From a virus, in the IMG/VR virus record IMGVR_UViG_3300044692_000046, positions 31,149 to 95,148 of that record: a DNA stretch of 64,000 nt. The stretch is one strand, 5' to 3'. The notes beneath the pieces were generated by a model. That model made no database searches. It saw only the letters and a program-made list of their open reading frames with translations, and was not told where the DNA came from. Within the stretch, counting starts at the first letter, position 1; each line of letters starts with the position of its first letter. Of the stretch, positions 62,864 through 64,000 are shown piece after piece. Position numbers and translations under genes: made by a program.

Positions 62864-63685
62864 CTACTCGTCTTCCTCGATCCGCCACCAGGACGGCAGC
62901 TTCTTGCCGCCCCGGCCGCGGTTGATGATTTCGACGGCCGACGCTGCGACGCAGTGCGCGAGCGGATTGCCGGTCTGCTGTCGCATCTGCGCCGCCCGGT
63001 TCATCAGCCCGTTCACGCCACCGTGAGCGTTCCCGAGCCGCTGCACCGCGTTGCCCACATCGAGTTCGCCGTTGTAGCGGTGGCAGAGCAGGCCGACACC
63101 CTCGATCACCGGAGCTTCGAGACCCGAGTCGCCGTAGGCGTCACGGATGATGCCCAACGACCGGGCCAGCGGGTTCGCACCCAGCCGGTACACCTTCCGC
63201 AAGGCCGCTACGGCACGGATCGCCCCGCCACCCTGGTCCCGAGAGATGCGAAGCTCCTGCGCCCGCACGATCCGGTCGATGTCGCACTCCTCAGCGCGCC
63301 CGGCCTGGATCCCGACCCGGAACTTCTCGAACAACGGCACCGTCAAGGTGTCGTTGAGGCGCAAGAACTTCTCCGCCTCCTCGTCCTCCGACAGGCCCTC
63401 GTAGCTCCAGCACTGCATCGACTGGTCTTCCCAGCCGCCCTCGCCGAGCCACTTCTTGAGTGCCTCCACGCGGTGCTGACCGTCGATGAGGTAGAAGTGG
63501 GCGTCCGACCGCAGGTTCACGGTCGGGTTGCCCAGCTGCTCCAACTCCAGTTCGGAGGCGAGCTTGTCGACGCGGGCCGGGTTGAGTTCCCGCTGCGCCA
63601 GCGGGTTCACGCGCATCTTGGCGAGCGGCACCCAGCGCAGTCGAGCTTCCCGCTCGACCCGGTTGCCGGTAGCCTTGGGGGTCAC
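62864..63685 (-). CDS. ParB/Srx-like DGQHR-domain protein (DUF6551-like)
   Basis: QREL..LIDGQHRVEAL..EAEKFLRLN. Confidence 0.8.
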   Translation of the reverse strand: MTPKATGNRVEREARLRWVPLAKMRVNPLAQRELNPARVDKLASELELEQLGNPTVNLRSDAHFYLIDGQHRVEALKKWLGEGGWEDQSMQCWSYEGLSEDEEAEKFLRLNDTLTVPLFEKFRVGIQAGRAEECDIDRIVRAQELRISRDQGGGAIRAVAALRKVYRLGANPLARSLGIIRDAYGDSGLEAPVIEGVGLLCHRYNGELDVGNAVQRLGNAHGGVNGLMNRAAQMRQQTGNPLAHCVAASAVEIINRGRGGKKLPSWWRIEEDE

Positions 63686-64000
63686 TGGATCATCTCCTTC
63701 AGTTGACGGTTCAGCCGGTTGAGAGCCCGGATGGATTCACTGAGGGAGACGGTCCAGTTCTTGATCTCCTCGGCGTCAAGCTCGCCAAAGTTCACGAGAG
63801 ACAGCCCGGGAACCAGACCTTCGATGTTGGTGACCGTCTCCCGCACGATGCGGTTCGAGTCGATCGACTTGCGGGTACCGCGGCCCAGCGCCTCATCGGC
63901 GGGGATGCGGATGCGTTCCTTGCGGGCGATGTCGCGGACGGTCTGCGTGAGGATGCCGACCTTCTCGCTGATCTGCGCCGAGGAGTAGCCGCGCTCGGCC
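63682..64000 (-). CDS. HTH-containing protein (3' end only)
   Basis: Manual translation ERGYSSAQISEKVGILTQTVRDIARK...LKEMIQ; GTGA overlap with the ParB-like gene. Confidence 0.65.
   Translation of the reverse strand, partial: AERGYSSAQISEKVGILTQTVRDIARKERIRIPADEALGRGTRKSIDSNRIVRETVTNIEGLVPGLSLVNFGELDAEEIKNWTVSLSESIRALNRLNRQLKEMIQ

Larger units (their letters stand above)
1..64000 (-). mobile_element. Temperate siphophage/prophage of an actinobacterium (extends beyond both window edges)
   Basis: Contiguous same-strand terminase-portal-head-tail-lysin order plus RecET, DnaB, WhiB and RuvC; pervasive stop/start overlaps; high GC. Confidence 0.97.

Overview
The whole window is a high-GC (actinobacterial) temperate siphophage or prophage, read almost entirely on the minus strand. 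From right to left it carries: an early region (HTH + ParB/DGQHR pair, many small translationally coupled ORFs, YqaJ/RecE + RecT, RuvC-like resolvase, DUF5131, WhiB); replication (HNH, initiator with internal iteron-like repeats, DnaC-like loader, DnaB); two DNA methyltransferases; an accessory stretch (DUF1643, DUF4406, SLOG, minimal nucleotidyltransferase, DUF6221); a putative late regulator and a TTGACA-N18-TAACGT late promoter with a structured leader; two papain-fold enzymes; terminase, portal, head and tail genes with a duplicated tail-tip module; and the start of a GH25 endolysin. A few plus-strand inserts each have a -10 box 6 nt before the start codon (leaderless): an MmpS-like lipoprotein, a Xer-type recombinase + endonuclease VII cassette with a dif-like site, a LAGLIDADG endonuclease, and a Phd-like protein. 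The most striking feature is at 46.95-47.83 kb. An intron-less, antisense LAGLIDADG gene sits exactly at the SPPY catalytic motif of a DNA methyltransferase and appears to have brought a synonymously recoded replacement 5' end and promoter that rebuild the gene. Rejoining the ancestral allele gives a 20-bp pseudo-palindrome (AGCCCG-CC-GTAC-TT-CGGGCT) that is broken at both present junctions. All family assignments come from motif recognition by eye, not from database searches. The attachment sites, repressor and the rest of the lysis cassette are not visible in this window.
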